The position numbers and the translations under genes were made by a program. 64,000 nucleotides of DNA from Eledone cirrhosa. Lineage: Eukaryota. The notes beneath the pieces were generated by a model. It did no database searches. It was not told the origin of the DNA and saw only the letters and a program-made list of their open reading frames with translations. Location of the stretch: NCBI GenBank assembly GCA_964016885.1, contig OZ024748.1, positions 33,046,001-33,110,000 on the forward strand, in the 5' to 3' direction. Within the stretch, counting starts at the first letter, position 1. Each line of letters begins with the position of its first letter. Shown one piece after another: positions 38,650 through 51,391 of the stretch.

Positions 38650-40440
38650 TGTATATATTTTTAGTATATGTTGGTTGTATACCAACACTTCAGTATGCAG
38701 ATTGGAGCACTCAACGAAGTGCGCAGGTTGGTTTGGTTACTCCGGAGTAATGTAAAATAAAATAAAATAAATAAGTCAAATGTTTAAAATTTGGCTTCGT
38801 TTATTACTGCTATATATATATCGGTGACAGCCATCTTTGGCTGTGACCTCTTCAGGCAGTCCGAATTAGTGTGGTAGAGATGAGTACACATGTTGTTGAG
38901 GTGTATAACTTTGTCAATACTCTGATATGCCCAGTTCCTGGTTGGGTTGTTATTTCACTGAGGAACTGGAATCATATGAATTCAAACAAACGAATTTCAG
39001 CATCAAAGGGCCTCTTCTCCTCTCATTGGTCAGTTGTTAGAACATTCCTCAGTCAAAAGTCTATAGAAATTTGTTCTGAGGCAAGCCAATCTGTAGTTGT
39101 TCTTGTTATTGTTAGGTACATCTGACCTCTATTCTTGTGTTGGTAGTGGTGTTATTGTTGGAGTCAGCTAAAAAAAAAGTGATAAAAGTGGTAGAAGGAA
39201 TAAGATGGTAAAGGAACAAAATAAAATAAAATAATCGAATAAAATGTGTGTGTGTGTTATACCCATCTCAATGTTATAAAGATTTGTAAGGTCAAACTTC
39301 CCATTGGTCAGTTTTGAGAGCATTCCTCAGTCCAAAGTCTATAGAAATTCTTTCTGGGGTGAGGCTCCCTGTAGTGTTTGTGTTTGCTATTGTTAAGTAC
39401 ATCAGACCTCTACTCTTATTTTGGTAGTGTTGTGGTCAGCTTATGTCTTGCTGCTGCTGACAATTTAGAAGTATCTGTGTGTGTATTTCTTCATCCCTCC
39501 TGCCACCATCTCCCGTGGTGGGGGTGGGGGGTTCTGCCATGTATATGAAGAAATAGAAGGCAATAAAATGAAGTAAGCAGAAAATAAATAATATATAGAG
39601 AATAAATGAAAAATTAATGAAAAGGTAATGAAAAATGAATATGGAAAATAAAACGAAGATTCAAATAAAATAAGATATGTGTGCTATAACCAATCTCAAG
39701 GTCAGAAATATATTGGATAGATTGGTAGGAGGAACAAGATGGTAAAAGAATAAAACGAAATAGGATAATCAAATAAAATGTGTGTGTGTTATAACCAATC
39801 TCAACTTAAATATAAATATAAGGTGATAAAGTGAAGAAAACCGAAAACAAATAAATGAATAATGAGAAATCAAAATTGAAAAATCAAAAATTAGGTAAAT
39901 TAAAATGTGTGTGTGTTATAAAGATGTTGGCCAAATTATAAAGGCTGTGTCAGAATCAATCTCTAGGCTATCATGGTGTCTGCTCAGCCTGGGTTGGTCC
40001 CTATGGCTTGAGGGGAGTTCCCAACCTATGGTGTTGTTACTGCCCATATAGCTTGAGGGACGTTTGGCCGAGAGGTGTCTACATGTTCTGGAGATGTCCC
40101 TATAGCTTGAGGGGAGTTCACATCTTATTGTGTTGCTACTGTCCATATATCTTGAGGAAGGTCCCGGCCCTGAGGTGACTGCATGTCCCGAAGAAGTCGG
40201 TTCTGAGGTTTATCAGGCTGCTTCCACCTCTTAGTATCTCGAGGGTCTCGTTCAGACATAGATTGCATATGCAAGATCCCCCTTTATTGGGTGGTACTTT
40301 CCTGATTATGGACCAGGCCAGAGAGTACGGGGTCCTGTCCAGCTTAAGCTTCCAGTTCAGGTCGGAGAGAGCCGTACTTTTCCTTTTGGCCTCCTTATTG
40401 AAGGAATGGCGATAGTTATACCAGCGGTCTTTAAAACTCT
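38650..40440 (-). mobile_element. Penelope-like element 3' fragment
   Basis: Minus strand 40440->40140 translates FKDRWYNYRHSF..STALSDLNWKLK..WSII....CNLCLNE..LINLR....CSH (GIY-YIG C-terminus); repeat-rich 3' UTR; HHR-like motif at 38806-38860. Confidence 0.78.
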
Positions 40441-40504
40441 ATGTATGTATGTATATATATATAGAGAGAGAGATATTTATATATATATATATGAATGTAT
40501 ATAT

Positions 40505-40952
40505 ATCATCATCATCATCGTTTAACGTCTATCTTCCACGCTAGCATGGGTTTAGACGGGAATTGTCCCACTTAAGACAAGTTTAGTTGTCTTGCTCATA
40601 TTGGACTGTCTGGCAGGTTCTCTGGATTCCCTTCCTAACACCAACCACGTTTACAGTGTGAACTGAGAGGTTTTTACCGTGTTACCTACACGGTCACATT
40701 ACAGCGTGGACTATGTGTTTTTTTGTTGTGATACCTACACAACCTCATTTATTTAGGACTGGATCTTGTGGTACCAACATAACTTTACAGTGAAAGGGTG
40801 GTGTTGATGGGGGTGGAGTAGGGGTAGTGGTATGGGGGTGTATATTTGGTTAAGAGGTGCCTACTGACTAGGTTTCGCTTTGTACATAGGCAAGTCGGGT
40901 CTTCTGTATTACTGAGTAGCGCCAAAGATCTCGGTCCAGTGACATTGTCTTA
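40505..40952 (-). mobile_element. RTE 3' end fragment
   Basis: Reverse complement of ~7960-8430, with (CAT)n tail. Confidence 0.85.
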
Positions 40953-40979
40953 ATGTATATATATATACACACACACAAT

Positions 40980-41022
<43 letters not shown>

Positions 41023-41250
41023 TAAACTGTTTGTATACACGCATTATTCAACTTGCCCTTTGTTTTGAGGAAAAAGCCTTTAGTAAGTTGCAGTGGTAGT
41101 AGCATCCTGAACCTTTTCCATTCCATGTTCACTCAGGCTGCTCTACTTTCAGAACACCCACTTCCACTGATGATATCACCCAGGTAACAGGAGCTGTCTA
41201 CCTCTTCTATGTGACCCTCCAAGAGTTTTTTAGAGCTTGTTTCCTGTGAA

Positions 41251-41465
41251 GGCATGTGGCTGAGTGGTTAGAGAATTGGATTCGCAATCGTGAGGTTGTG
41301 AGTTCGATTCACCGACCGGATGATGCGTTATGTCCTTGAGCAAGACATTTTATGTAACATTGCTCCTTCTACCTGGAGTTGTGACCGATAGATAGTATTA
41401 GCAATAGGAAAGACCAATGGAAACATTGTTTCCTTGGCCCGATTTGACGAAAATCAATCGTTGCT
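41251..41465 (+). mobile_element. CORE-type tRNA SINE inserted in an RTE fragment
   Basis: tggctgagtggttagag..gagttcgattc..tgtccttgagcaagacat; matches 60885-61090; RTE sequence on both sides. Confidence 0.75.
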
Positions 41466-42240
41466 TCCTGTGAATGTTTGCTTCTTACTGCTCCTGTGCA
41501 ATGGCCACATGTAAAACCTTTATTCTTAGCTAATCTACTCGAGATCCCACTACATCTCTTGAGTACTCATTGATTGTATTTTGGACAGAGAATGGAATTT
41601 CTACCTACACCTTTCTAGCACAATGAGCAAGGCCATTTTTCTGAGGGGATCAGGGCCCTGTTTTCCCTTCTACTGATACTTGGCTGGCTAACCCAGACAT
41701 AGTCCTAAACAAATGAAACACTGGCGGAGTCGTAGGGGTACTCTAAGTTACATACAGTATTTCTCGGGCATATTTTAAAACCTGATGGAGCCCATCACCT
41801 CTCTCGTCTGAACACAATTGAGATCTGAATAAAACTTCAAGTGAAATCAGATATTGTATGGATTCATATAGACTCATAACTCCTGGTCTAAACACAGCCG
41901 ATTTCTCCCAGAGAAAGATAGAAACGAAGTAAGAAAAAGATATAGAGGAACAATTGACTCCTAAGTTAAATTGGTGTTGACATGTCACCAGGAGAGGAGA
42001 TGATTGCTCTGTTAGAAATTCCTATCAGAATGAATTTTTCACTAAACTGCCATAGAGCAGACCTCTCGAGAGATAGTAGGATAACATTGATAGAGCATGC
42101 TGGAATACTACTGTTTACATTGGAGAGAATTGCTCTGAACAGGAAAGTTGATATCTACAGTTTACCAATATAGAAATATAAAATTTCTACTGTTAAATCT
42201 ATCTCTGCTTCTAAAGTATTCTCTATTATCTCATACTCTT

Positions 42241-42255
42241 TCTTTCTTTTTTCAG
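42241..42255 (+). promoter_or_regulatory. Splice acceptor of ZNF coding exon
   Basis: tctttcttttttcAG|aataccagatgacattggg, homologous to 3840-3862. Confidence 0.6.
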
Positions 42256-42600
42256 AATACCAGATGACATTGGGATAAATTATTATTTTCAATCTTGGAT
42301 ACATCACCTATATTTATCAGCGTTTGAACACTAAAACGTTTCAAACAGAACTTATATAACACTGTTTATATAAATCTGTCGTATTACTGCGAAATATTTC
42401 CTCAAAACTGAGTTTATTTTCTTCACTATCAGATGATTTTGTATTTTAACTAAACTTGGATGAAAAAGAAGTTTGTATTATCTTCAGATATTAACTGAAA
42501 TTACAGTTGAGCGAAATATAGAAGATATATTTTTTAGGAATATAATATAAAAAATATTACAAGAAAAACATTTGTATGTTCTGTTGAAGAAGAAATCATT

Positions 42601-44274
42601 GTGGAAAATAAATTCAGTGAAAAGGTTAAATGCGAAACACAATCGAAAATGTTTAGTATTCCTGGTGAGGTGACAAAGGTTGGAGAAGAGAGTGGTAAAT
42701 CATTCAATAAACGTAGTACCTTAACTACTCACAAAGTTATACATACAGGAGATAAGCCATATCACTGTGATATCTGTAGTAAATCATTCTCTCACAGTAG
42801 TACCTTAGTTAATCACAAACGTATACATACAGGCGAGACGCCATACCACTGTGAGATCTGTGGTATATCATTCTCTCAAAGTAGTGCCTTAACTAGCCAC
42901 AAACGTACCCATACAGGAGACAAGCCATATCACTGTGATATATGTGGTAAATCATTCTCTCTAAGTGGTACCTTAACTAGCCATAAACATATACATGTAG
43001 GAGACAAGCCATATCACTGTGATATCTGTGGTAAATCATTCTCTCAAAGTAATGCCTTAACTAGCCACAAACGTATACATACAGGAGACAAGCCATATCA
43101 CTGTAATATCTGTGGTAAATTATTCTCTCAATGTCATGCCTTAACTACCCACAAACGTACCCATACAGGAGACAAGCCGTATCACTGTGATATCTGTGGT
43201 AAATCATTCTCTGAAAGAGGTAATTTAACTAAACACAAACAAACACATACAGGTGAGAAGCCATATCACTGTGAGATCTGTGGCAAATCATTCTCTCAAA
43301 GTAATGCCTTAACTAGCCACAATCGTATACATACAGGAGACAAGCCATATCACTGTGATATCTGTGGTAAATCATTCTCTGAAAGAGGTAATTTAACTAA
43401 ACACAAACAAACACATACAGGTGAGAAGCCATATCACTGTGAGATCTGTGGCAAATCATTCTCTCAATGTCATGCCTTAACTAGCCACAATCGTACCCAT
43501 ACAGGAGACAAGCCATACCACTGTGACATCTGTGGTAAATCATTTTCTGATAGTAGTACCTTAACTAGCCACAAATATATACATACAGGAGACAGACAAT
43601 ATCACTGTGATATCTGTGGTAAATCGTTCTCTCTGAAAGGAAACTTAACTTCTCACAAACATATACATACAGGAGATAAGCTTTATCACTGTGTGATCTG
43701 TGGTAAATCATTCTTGCGGAAAGGTCAATTAACTTCTCACAAACATACCCATACAGGTGAGAAGCCATATCACTGTGAGATCTGTGGCCAATCATTCGCT
43801 CAAAGTAATACCTTAACTACACACAAACGTATACATACAGGCGAGACGCCATACCACTGTGAGATCTGTGGTATATCATTCTCTCAAAGTAGTGCCTTAA
43901 CTAGCCACAAACGTACCCATACAGGAGACAAGCCATATCACTGTGATATATGTGGTAAATCATTCTCTCTAAGTGGTACCTTAACTAGCCATAAACATAT
44001 ACATGTAGGAGACAAGCCATATCACTGTGATATCTGTGGTAAATCATTCTCTCGAAGTAATGCCTTAACTAGCCACAAACGTATACATACAGGAGACAAG
44101 CCATATCACTGTAATATCTGTGGTAAATTATTCTCTCAAAGTAATGCCTTAACTAGCCACAAACATATACATACAGGAGACAAGCCATATCACTGTGATA
44201 TCTGTGGTAAATCATTCTCTGTGAAAAGTAGCCTAACTACTCACAAACTTATACATGCAGAGGAGAAATCATAA
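42601..44274 (+). CDS. C2H2 zinc-finger protein with 18 tandem fingers
   Basis: 53 aa + 18 x 28-aa intact fingers; the ORF starts at GTG, first ATG at 42649; AATAAA at 44798-44803. Confidence 0.92.
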   Translation: MENKFSEKVKCETQSKMFSIPGEVTKVGEESGKSFNKRSTLTTHKVIHTGDKPYHCDICSKSFSHSSTLVNHKRIHTGETPYHCEICGISFSQSSALTSHKRTHTGDKPYHCDICGKSFSLSGTLTSHKHIHVGDKPYHCDICGKSFSQSNALTSHKRIHTGDKPYHCNICGKLFSQCHALTTHKRTHTGDKPYHCDICGKSFSERGNLTKHKQTHTGEKPYHCEICGKSFSQSNALTSHNRIHTGDKPYHCDICGKSFSERGNLTKHKQTHTGEKPYHCEICGKSFSQCHALTSHNRTHTGDKPYHCDICGKSFSDSSTLTSHKYIHTGDRQYHCDICGKSFSLKGNLTSHKHIHTGDKLYHCVICGKSFLRKGQLTSHKHTHTGEKPYHCEICGQSFAQSNTLTTHKRIHTGETPYHCEICGISFSQSSALTSHKRTHTGDKPYHCDICGKSFSLSGTLTSHKHIHVGDKPYHCDICGKSFSRSNALTSHKRIHTGDKPYHCNICGKLFSQSNALTSHKHIHTGDKPYHCDICGKSFSVKSSLTTHKLIHAEEKS

Positions 44275-44969
44275 CACATTGACATCAGTGATAAATCCTC
44301 AAAATTGTGAATTAATGAGAATACAAATATATATCAGTGTAATATCTATGGTAAATCAATGCTACATTAACTTCACACAAACATATACAGGTGGGAAGCC
44401 ATATCACTTTGATTTGTTTGGAAAATATATCTTTTAATTTAACTAAATATATGCATAGATGAAGGAAACCTTATCATCATCATTTTGCGTCCGCTTTTCC
44501 CTGCTTGCAAGGGTGGGATGATCCCTATTCAGCATCTCTCCACTTGTCGTGGTCCTTCGTCATCTCCACCGTGAGCTTCAGAGGTATGCTCTCGCCACCT
44601 CCGCCCATGTAAATCATTCTCTAAATGTTGTGGCTTCACTAGACACTAACATATACAGGAGAGGAACCATATCACTGTGATGTCTGTGGTAAATCCTTCT
44701 CTTGTAAAGGTTACCTGATGCAACACAAACACAATTAGACAAGATGAAAACCACGTCACTCACCTAAAATAGTGCCACCAATGTTGTTAATATTTTGAAT
44801 AAAACAGTTTTAGTAAGAAATTCTTCTCCTTTCATTTTATTTGTAGAAGTTGTAACCAAGACTTGTGCTGTATCATTCAGAATTTACATACGTTATATAT
44901 ATGTGAATGTATGTGTGTAGAAATTTGTGTACAACATGTAACGGTGAGATTTTGCACTTTGGCCTTCAT

Positions 44970-45197
44970 ATGCCATTGTGCCAGGCCCGAGGCAGGCCAA
45001 AGTGCAAAACTTCACCGTTACATGTACGTGTTGTTCCTTGGAAGTTCAGGATGCGAGAAAGCGATTCTGCAAATCCCCGCGGGGAATTTCTCCCTCAGAC
45101 CGCGTAGGGATACATTCTCTTCTACTGGCGCTGATTGGCTGAGCTGAGCCAAATCACGCACAGAGAATGTATAAGCCCGCGGAATGTAGGTCACTAC
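44970..45197 (-). promoter_or_regulatory. CpG-rich CCAAT-containing cassette, copy 1
   Basis: Near-identical to 47692-47905; agccaatcag on minus strand (45134-45138). Confidence 0.35.
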
Positions 45198-45461
45198 AAT
45201 ACTCCCCTTCTAGTCGCAAGACGATCAGATTATTGAATCAGCAGGAAAAAATGCTGAAAGAGCACATCAGCGAAAAAAATAATTGAACAGAAGAATGTAT
45301 GCAAGAAAAAAATGAGGCGCTAAGGGCCGTGTTGAGCCGCTGTGTCAAATGACTAGCTGTTTTGTAGTTTATACGTGACCACCCAGGTCTAACAGAAAAC
45401 GGATAAAGTCTGTCATGGGCGAAGTTGCTGTTCTTGCATTAAATGTTAATGGTAAGTGTTG

Positions 45462-46120
45462 GGCAATATCCAATTTTAGTGGACTAAATGCTGCTTACTT
45501 CAATGTATGAGGCTATTCCAACAAATTTACATTCCCCTTTTTTTAGCCGTTAAAAGAAATATAGATTTATTTATTGTTTTTTTTTGCGATTTATTTGCCA
45601 CTTGGGCATAGATTTCTTTATTTGCCACGTTTTTGTTTGTTTGTTTGTTTTTTTGCGATTTATTTGCCACTAGAGCATTAGGCGGGGGAATTTTTTACAA
45701 AAATCAAGTACAAACATTTAACGAGTGATTAAAAAGGAATATAAAAAATTAAGTCCTCAATAGAGAGGCAGCCTTTTGGGGTCACACACCCCCGTAGAAA
45801 GTGTGCGACCTTTCTGCCAGGGAGCACAGAGAGAGGGGGGTGCTCCCTTCTCTTACCTGTACAAGTCGATATAGAGAGATGGCCCACTTACACGGGCCAT
45901 TATTGCTACTTTCGCTACCCGCCTAATGCTCTAGTGGCAAATAAATCACAAAAAAACAAACAAACAAACAAACAAAATCGTGTCAAATAAATCGCAAAAA
46001 AAAAAACAATAAATAAATCTATATTTCTTTTAACGGCTAAAAAAAGGGAATGTAAATTTGTTGGAATAGCCTCATACATTGAAGTAAGCAGCATTTAGTC
46101 CACTAAAATTGGATATCGCC
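45462..46120. mobile_element. Merlin-like non-autonomous DNA element
   Basis: ~200-bp TIRs starting GGCAA/GGCGA; perfect 8-bp TSD aagtgttg (45454-45461, 46121-46128). Confidence 0.78.
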
Positions 46121-47527
46121 AAGTGTTGTACCAGCAGCTGTGGATGAAGCTATTATGGTAGCTTACCAGTGCTGGCAAGAAGATGATGGGTAGGCGAGAA
46201 AATGTTGGCCTCCCAGATATATTGCCGAAAGTGCTAGGCAGCCAGGAAAAAATGGCTGGTTGCTTTGAAAATAAAAAAGCAAGTTGAATCTGTAGGTGGG
46301 TAGTAGTTGCAGTGTAAATTCCATAATTCCGGCGAATCCTCAGAAGTGGTGGAAATGCTGACAGGTCCAGTTCCATTTGTTGTTTTCCCAGTGAGTCGGG
46401 TAAGGTAACAAGATGGAGGTTGTTATGGACGATGAGTGTGCAACGAGATGCGAAGCTGTTTGAATCCAGCTGCAATTAGCAGTTCTCGTGTTGTTGTGCC
46501 TGTTTGAATCCAGGTGAATTAAGCTCTATGAGTCGCTAGCATGTATCGGCACCTCAACAAAGTGAAAAGGGATCTCGCAGAATATTACGTTTGAAGAACA
46601 TATACTAAGAACAACATGTTGGTGTGTGTCAAAGAAATGTGTGTGCATATGTAGGCATGTAATACAGCAAAGAATGTGTGGGTGCAGTCATATATACAAT
46701 GATAAAGAAAATGATACAGTCATATATACAATGATAAAAAAAAAATGAATTTTCATATAATACAGTTTTAAAAAAATAAATGTCCAAACATTGCCTGAAA
46801 AAAAAAGGAAGAAAGAAAGAATTGTTTCTTTTCTTTTAACAAAAAGTTCGCCTTTTCTTTTGTTTGAAATTTCTTTTGGAAGCTAGTAGAATTTTTTTTT
46901 TTGCTGTTGTTGGTATCGAAGCGAAGTCGAGCGTTGAAGAGCCGTAAGTCACCACGTGAGTTCGGTGTTTGCTTGTTTGTATTTCAGGAAGCCGTATCGA
47001 AAGAAAAATGTTTCCGTGCCATAATTTTGAAAATACAGCTAATTTTTTCTTTCAAAGATGTTGTCGCAGGCGGGTTCATGAAAGTTAAACCACGTGTTGT
47101 TCTTCTTAAAAAAAAAAAAACTACTTCCATTTTTTTTCCTTAACGGTAGAGACGATAGAAGAGGTGAAAGCGTAGAAGTAAACAATATGATGTGTGCTGG
47201 TTTGCGTCGGTAAAATCTATGAGGCTGCCACATAGTTATTCCGTTGTCTATGGTCAGCGGTTAAGCAGTGTTGTCGCTGCTGCTGCTGTTGTTGGTAGGG
47301 GTGATAGCCATTTTAATACTAATTTCCTCGTGAAAAAAAATTTTTTTTATACATACACTGCCAATTTTAATTGGCAAAAGGAATATTTTGAACTGAAAAT
47401 ATTCATCACGTCGGGTTCACCATTTTTAGCAGCATAGTATATAAATGTTATTGAGACACGAGTAACATAATAATGATGTCAACAGCAGAAATTAGAGATG
47501 AAATGTATGTTTATTTTTGTTGTAGCA

Positions 47528-47645
47528 CAAATAATTGTTTCTACTTTTGGCACAAGGCCAGCAATTACCCAGTACATTACTGGTACTTTATTTTATCGAC
47601 CTCTGTATGGATGAAAGGCAAAGTTAACCTCGGGATTTGAGCTCA
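47528..47645 (-). mobile_element. SINE 3' part (family of 11074)
   Basis: Reverse complement of aaatccc..gaggttaactttgcctttcatcc...gtagaaacaattat. Confidence 0.8.
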
Positions 47646-47691
47646 GATCGTTTAATTTGTATGGTTGAAGTTAAACATAAAAAAAAGGGAA

Positions 47692-47905
47692 TGTGCCATT
47701 GTGCCAGGCCAAAGAGCAAAATCTCACCGTTACCTGTTGTTCCTTGGAAGTTCAGGATGCGAGAGAGCGATTCTTCAAATCCCCGCGGGGAATTTCTCCC
47801 TCAGGGCGCGTAGGGATACATTCTCTTCTACTGGCGCTGATTGGCTGAGCTGAACCAAATCACGCACAGAGAATGTATGGGAGCCCGCAGAATGTAGGTC
47901 ACTAC
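47692..47905 (-). promoter_or_regulatory. CpG-rich CCAAT-containing cassette, copy 2, with candidate splice donor
   Basis: CCAAT at 47840-47844 (-); CAG|GTAACG at 47734/47733 (-). Confidence 0.4.
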
Positions 47906-47916
47906 ATGTATATATA

Positions 47917-48290
47917 CAGTAATCCCCCGCTATATCGCGGTTCACTTTTCGCGGTCCTGTTATATCGCGGATATTTCTTTGGAACATATCTAATTTCCTA
48001 TCGCGATAATCCTCGCCACATCGCGGATTTTTCATTAGAACATATCTATTTTCTTATCGCGGTACGTCTGAATAAAAAGTGTTTAAAATTTAAACTTATT
48101 AAATAAATTTCAATGTTATTAAAGTGTATATCTTAAGGAAGGGACATCTTACGACCGTTAGTTTGGTGTTTAAATACAAAAGTGTGTTTTAATGAGTTTA
48201 TATGTACTTAAAGCGTGTATGAGAGGTATTTTAAGGCTTAAACTATGAACACAACGGTTGTCTTTATGGTCTCTATATCACAGTTGGTTC
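47917..48290 (+). mobile_element. Tigger-like DNA transposon end (truncated)
   Basis: TA|cagtaatcccccgctatatcgcgg with repeated atcgcgg subterminal motifs. Confidence 0.6.
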
Positions 48291-48299
48291 TGGAAGGTA

Positions 48300-48475
48300 T
48301 CTTGGCTTAGTGGTTAGAGCATTGGGCTTACTATCAAAAGGTGGTGAGTTCGATTCTCGGACCGGGTGATGTGGTGTGTCCTTGAGCATGACACTTTATT
48401 TCACGTTGCTCCAGTTTACTCAGCTGTAGAAATGAGTTGTGATCTCGCAATGGCCATAACCTTTCCCTTGGACAT
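48300..48475 (+). mobile_element. CORE-type tRNA SINE
   Basis: tggcttagtggttagagc..gagttcgattc..gtgtccttgagcatgacacttta. Confidence 0.75.
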
Positions 48476-48769
48476 ATATATACTGTATATATACTGTATA
48501 ATATATATATATGTTGTGATGTTACTAGTGCCTAGCTGTATCGTCCATAACCTTTCCCTTGGACATATATATAGTGTATATATACTGGACACAGTTTATA
48601 TATAATATATACATAATGTATATAAATAGTATATATATATACGTTGTGACGGCACTGGTGCCAAGCTGTATTGGCCATTGCCTTTCTCTTGGACATATAT
48701 ATAGTGTATATATACTGTATAATATATATAGTGTATATATACTGTACACAGTGTATATATATATGTATA

Positions 48770-50340
48770 TCATCATCATCATCATCATCACAGTTTTACG
48801 TCCCTTCTTCCACGGTAGTATGGGTTAGACAAGTTGTCCTGTTGTAGGCAGTGCCAAGTAGGGTGACCTTGTCTTGCTCAGATGGGAACAGATTTTGGCG
48901 TGATTACTACAGCTGGATGACCTTCCTAACACCAACCTCACAGTGAGTGATGGGTGCTTTTTTGTCGTGACACCTCCACGGCCACTTTACAGTGGGAGGG
49001 GGTGGGGGCACATTGCCTATGTGCTTCAGTATTACCGCATGAAGCCAGAGGTCACAGTCCTGTGTCATCACTCTTGAGAGGTGCAATTGTGTAAGGTCGG
49101 CTTTTATCACCTCGTCCCAGATCTTCTTGGGTCTCCCCACTCCGCGGTTTCCATCGACTTCTAGTGCTCTGCACCTTTTTATATAGCTATCATCCTTCAT
49201 ATCATATCTCTATACCAACACAACCTCCTCTCCTGCACACAGCATTTGATTCCTCTTATGCTCAGTCTCTCTCTCAATTCGTTAATGCTTTGCCGTTCGC
49301 GTATATTAATATTACACATCCCTCGGAGCATGCAAGCTTCGTTTCTTTCTAATCTACGCAAGTCTTCTACAGACAGTGCCCAGGTCTCACTACCATGTAA
49401 CATTGCTGTTCGTATGCACGCATCATACTGTCTGCCCCTCATTTTGAGGGAAAAGCCTTTTGCAGCTAGCAGTGCATCCCGTTCTTACCCTAGTTATTGT
49501 ACTTTCTGAACACCCACAGCCATTGTTAAGCCTAACTTTGCTGACTGCTCCCCTATACATGGCTTGTACAGCTTTCACAAGCCTTTCAGCTACTCCTAGT
49601 TTTCTAAGAGACGATCAGCTTATAACACGGGCACTCTGTTGAAGGCTTTTTCCAGATCGAGAAGAGCCAGGTAGAGCGGCTTACTTTTAGCTAGGTACTT
49701 TTCCTGTAACTGCATCACAAGGAAGAGAGCATCAGTGGTGCTTTTTCCTGGCACAAGCCCAAACTGCATCTCACCTAGTTTTACCCAGTCCCTGATCAAA
49801 TGTGCTATGACCCTTTTCATTACTTTCATGACATGGTCCATCAGCTTTATACCTCTATAGTTTCTTCTATCTAGTGCATCTCCTTTAACCTTGTAGCAGT
49901 TGACGATGATGCTGCTGCACCAATCCTTTGGTATGACACCATCTAGTATTACCTGGTTAACAATATGTGTGGTTATTTCTTTATCTACCCATTTGTCAGC
50001 TAATAGTATACCTACACCTCCCATCCCATTGTCATTTCCCACACAGAAAAATTCATAGCACTGACTTTTGCCTACAAGGACTCTAGCGAACTCTCCTCTC
50101 TATCTAGCCTCTTGCACACACCATACGTCAATATCCTTTCACTCTAACATGTCTATAATTTCTCCTTCCCTTCCTTTCATTGTGCTTACGTTGATGCTGC
50201 CAACTCAGAGTTTTGGACATTTGCCATCATTTGTGGGAGAGGGTAAATTTTTGCACGGGAGTGTGTATGCTTCCTGTCTCTGAATTAAAGCTTTGCATGG
50301 GTGCTTGGTAACTTGCGGATTCATATTCATTTATTTATAC
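48770..50340 (-). mobile_element. RTE LINE with large internal deletions
   Basis: Pieces of EN, RT and C-terminus joined (ORFs 49620-50042, 49197-49442, 48907-49200); (CAT)n tail. Confidence 0.85.
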
Positions 50341-50400
50341 TGGGCTCCATTTATCCTTCGCTCCTCCATAGATAACGGTAAACAAGAATTCTTTGGTGCA

Positions 50401-50740
50401 GGGCTAGAAGGACAGTAGTAGTAATGGCAGAGTTTGTTGGGGCTGGTAAGGACTAGAAGGACAGTAGTAGCAATGACAGAGTTTGTTGGGGCTAGTAAGG
50501 GCTAGAAGGACAGTAGTAGTAATGGCAGAGTTTGTTGGGGCTGGTAAGGTCTAGGACAGTAGTAGTAATGGCAGAGTTTGTTGGGGCTGGTAAGGGCTAG
50601 AAGGACAGTAGTAATAATGGCAGAGTTTGTTGGAGCTAGAAGGACAGTAGTCATAATGGCAGAGTTTGTTGGGGGCGGGTAAGGGCTAGAAGGACAGTAG
50701 TAGTAATGACAGACTTTGTTGGGGCTGGTAATGGGTAGGG
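50401..50740. repeat. 49-bp minisatellite x ~7
   Basis: gggctagaaggacagtagtagtaatggcagagtttgttggggctggtaa at 50401, 50450, 50499... Confidence 0.92.
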
Positions 50741-51391
50741 ACATGTTGCTGAGGTTTGATTGGTCAAATAGCCTATGGTGGTGAGTGGGAAATTGTGAGA
50801 TAGGTAGCCATCATGACATATAAGAAAGGGTCGTGTGTGTGTTCACCTTTAACGAAAGGAAGCAAATATTGTTAGGAAAAATAAGTAAAGGTAAACCGGG
50901 CTTGTTAAGAAGAGCGATAACATACCTCTCTGTCCACTGTAGCGCTTATAACATTGTTTTAGCGGATGCTGAACGATTTGAATTTATCTTTCGGTAGCTG
51001 TCAAACAATTTCAAGTAGGGCCCCTTAAATAGAGTTGTGTGTGCATTCACTGACGGCCCAAACAATGAGGGGCCACCATCAACAATTTCGGCCCTAAAAA
51101 GGGCCGTTTGATCGTTCGCTTGCAGCACTTGTAAGGACTTTGACTGCGTTCTCCAACCGCCGCAAAAAGGACTTCAATTGCATTCATTGGCAGCCATTAG
51201 AATGACTCTGTATGCGTTCACAATTTGTTCAGCCACCTTAAATTGCCGCGCCGATTATCAAGCTGGGTTCCTCTCTGAAGGCAATCACCTTAAACCGAGG
51301 GAAACATACGTTTTAGTTAAAAGACTGTTTCAAAGCTCATTAGGCTGGCTAAAGAAATGGTGATTACGGACCTATCTCCTCGCTGTTGCAT

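Noticed and set aside
41251-41320. tRNA genes (also 13710, 33395, 48300, 59926, 60885)
   Set aside because: A/B-box heads run into SINE core domains with no convincing cloverleaf
50341-51391. Helitron 3' hairpin/CTAG end
   Set aside because: No convincing terminal hairpin + CTRR found; CTAG hits lie inside the 49-bp minisatellite
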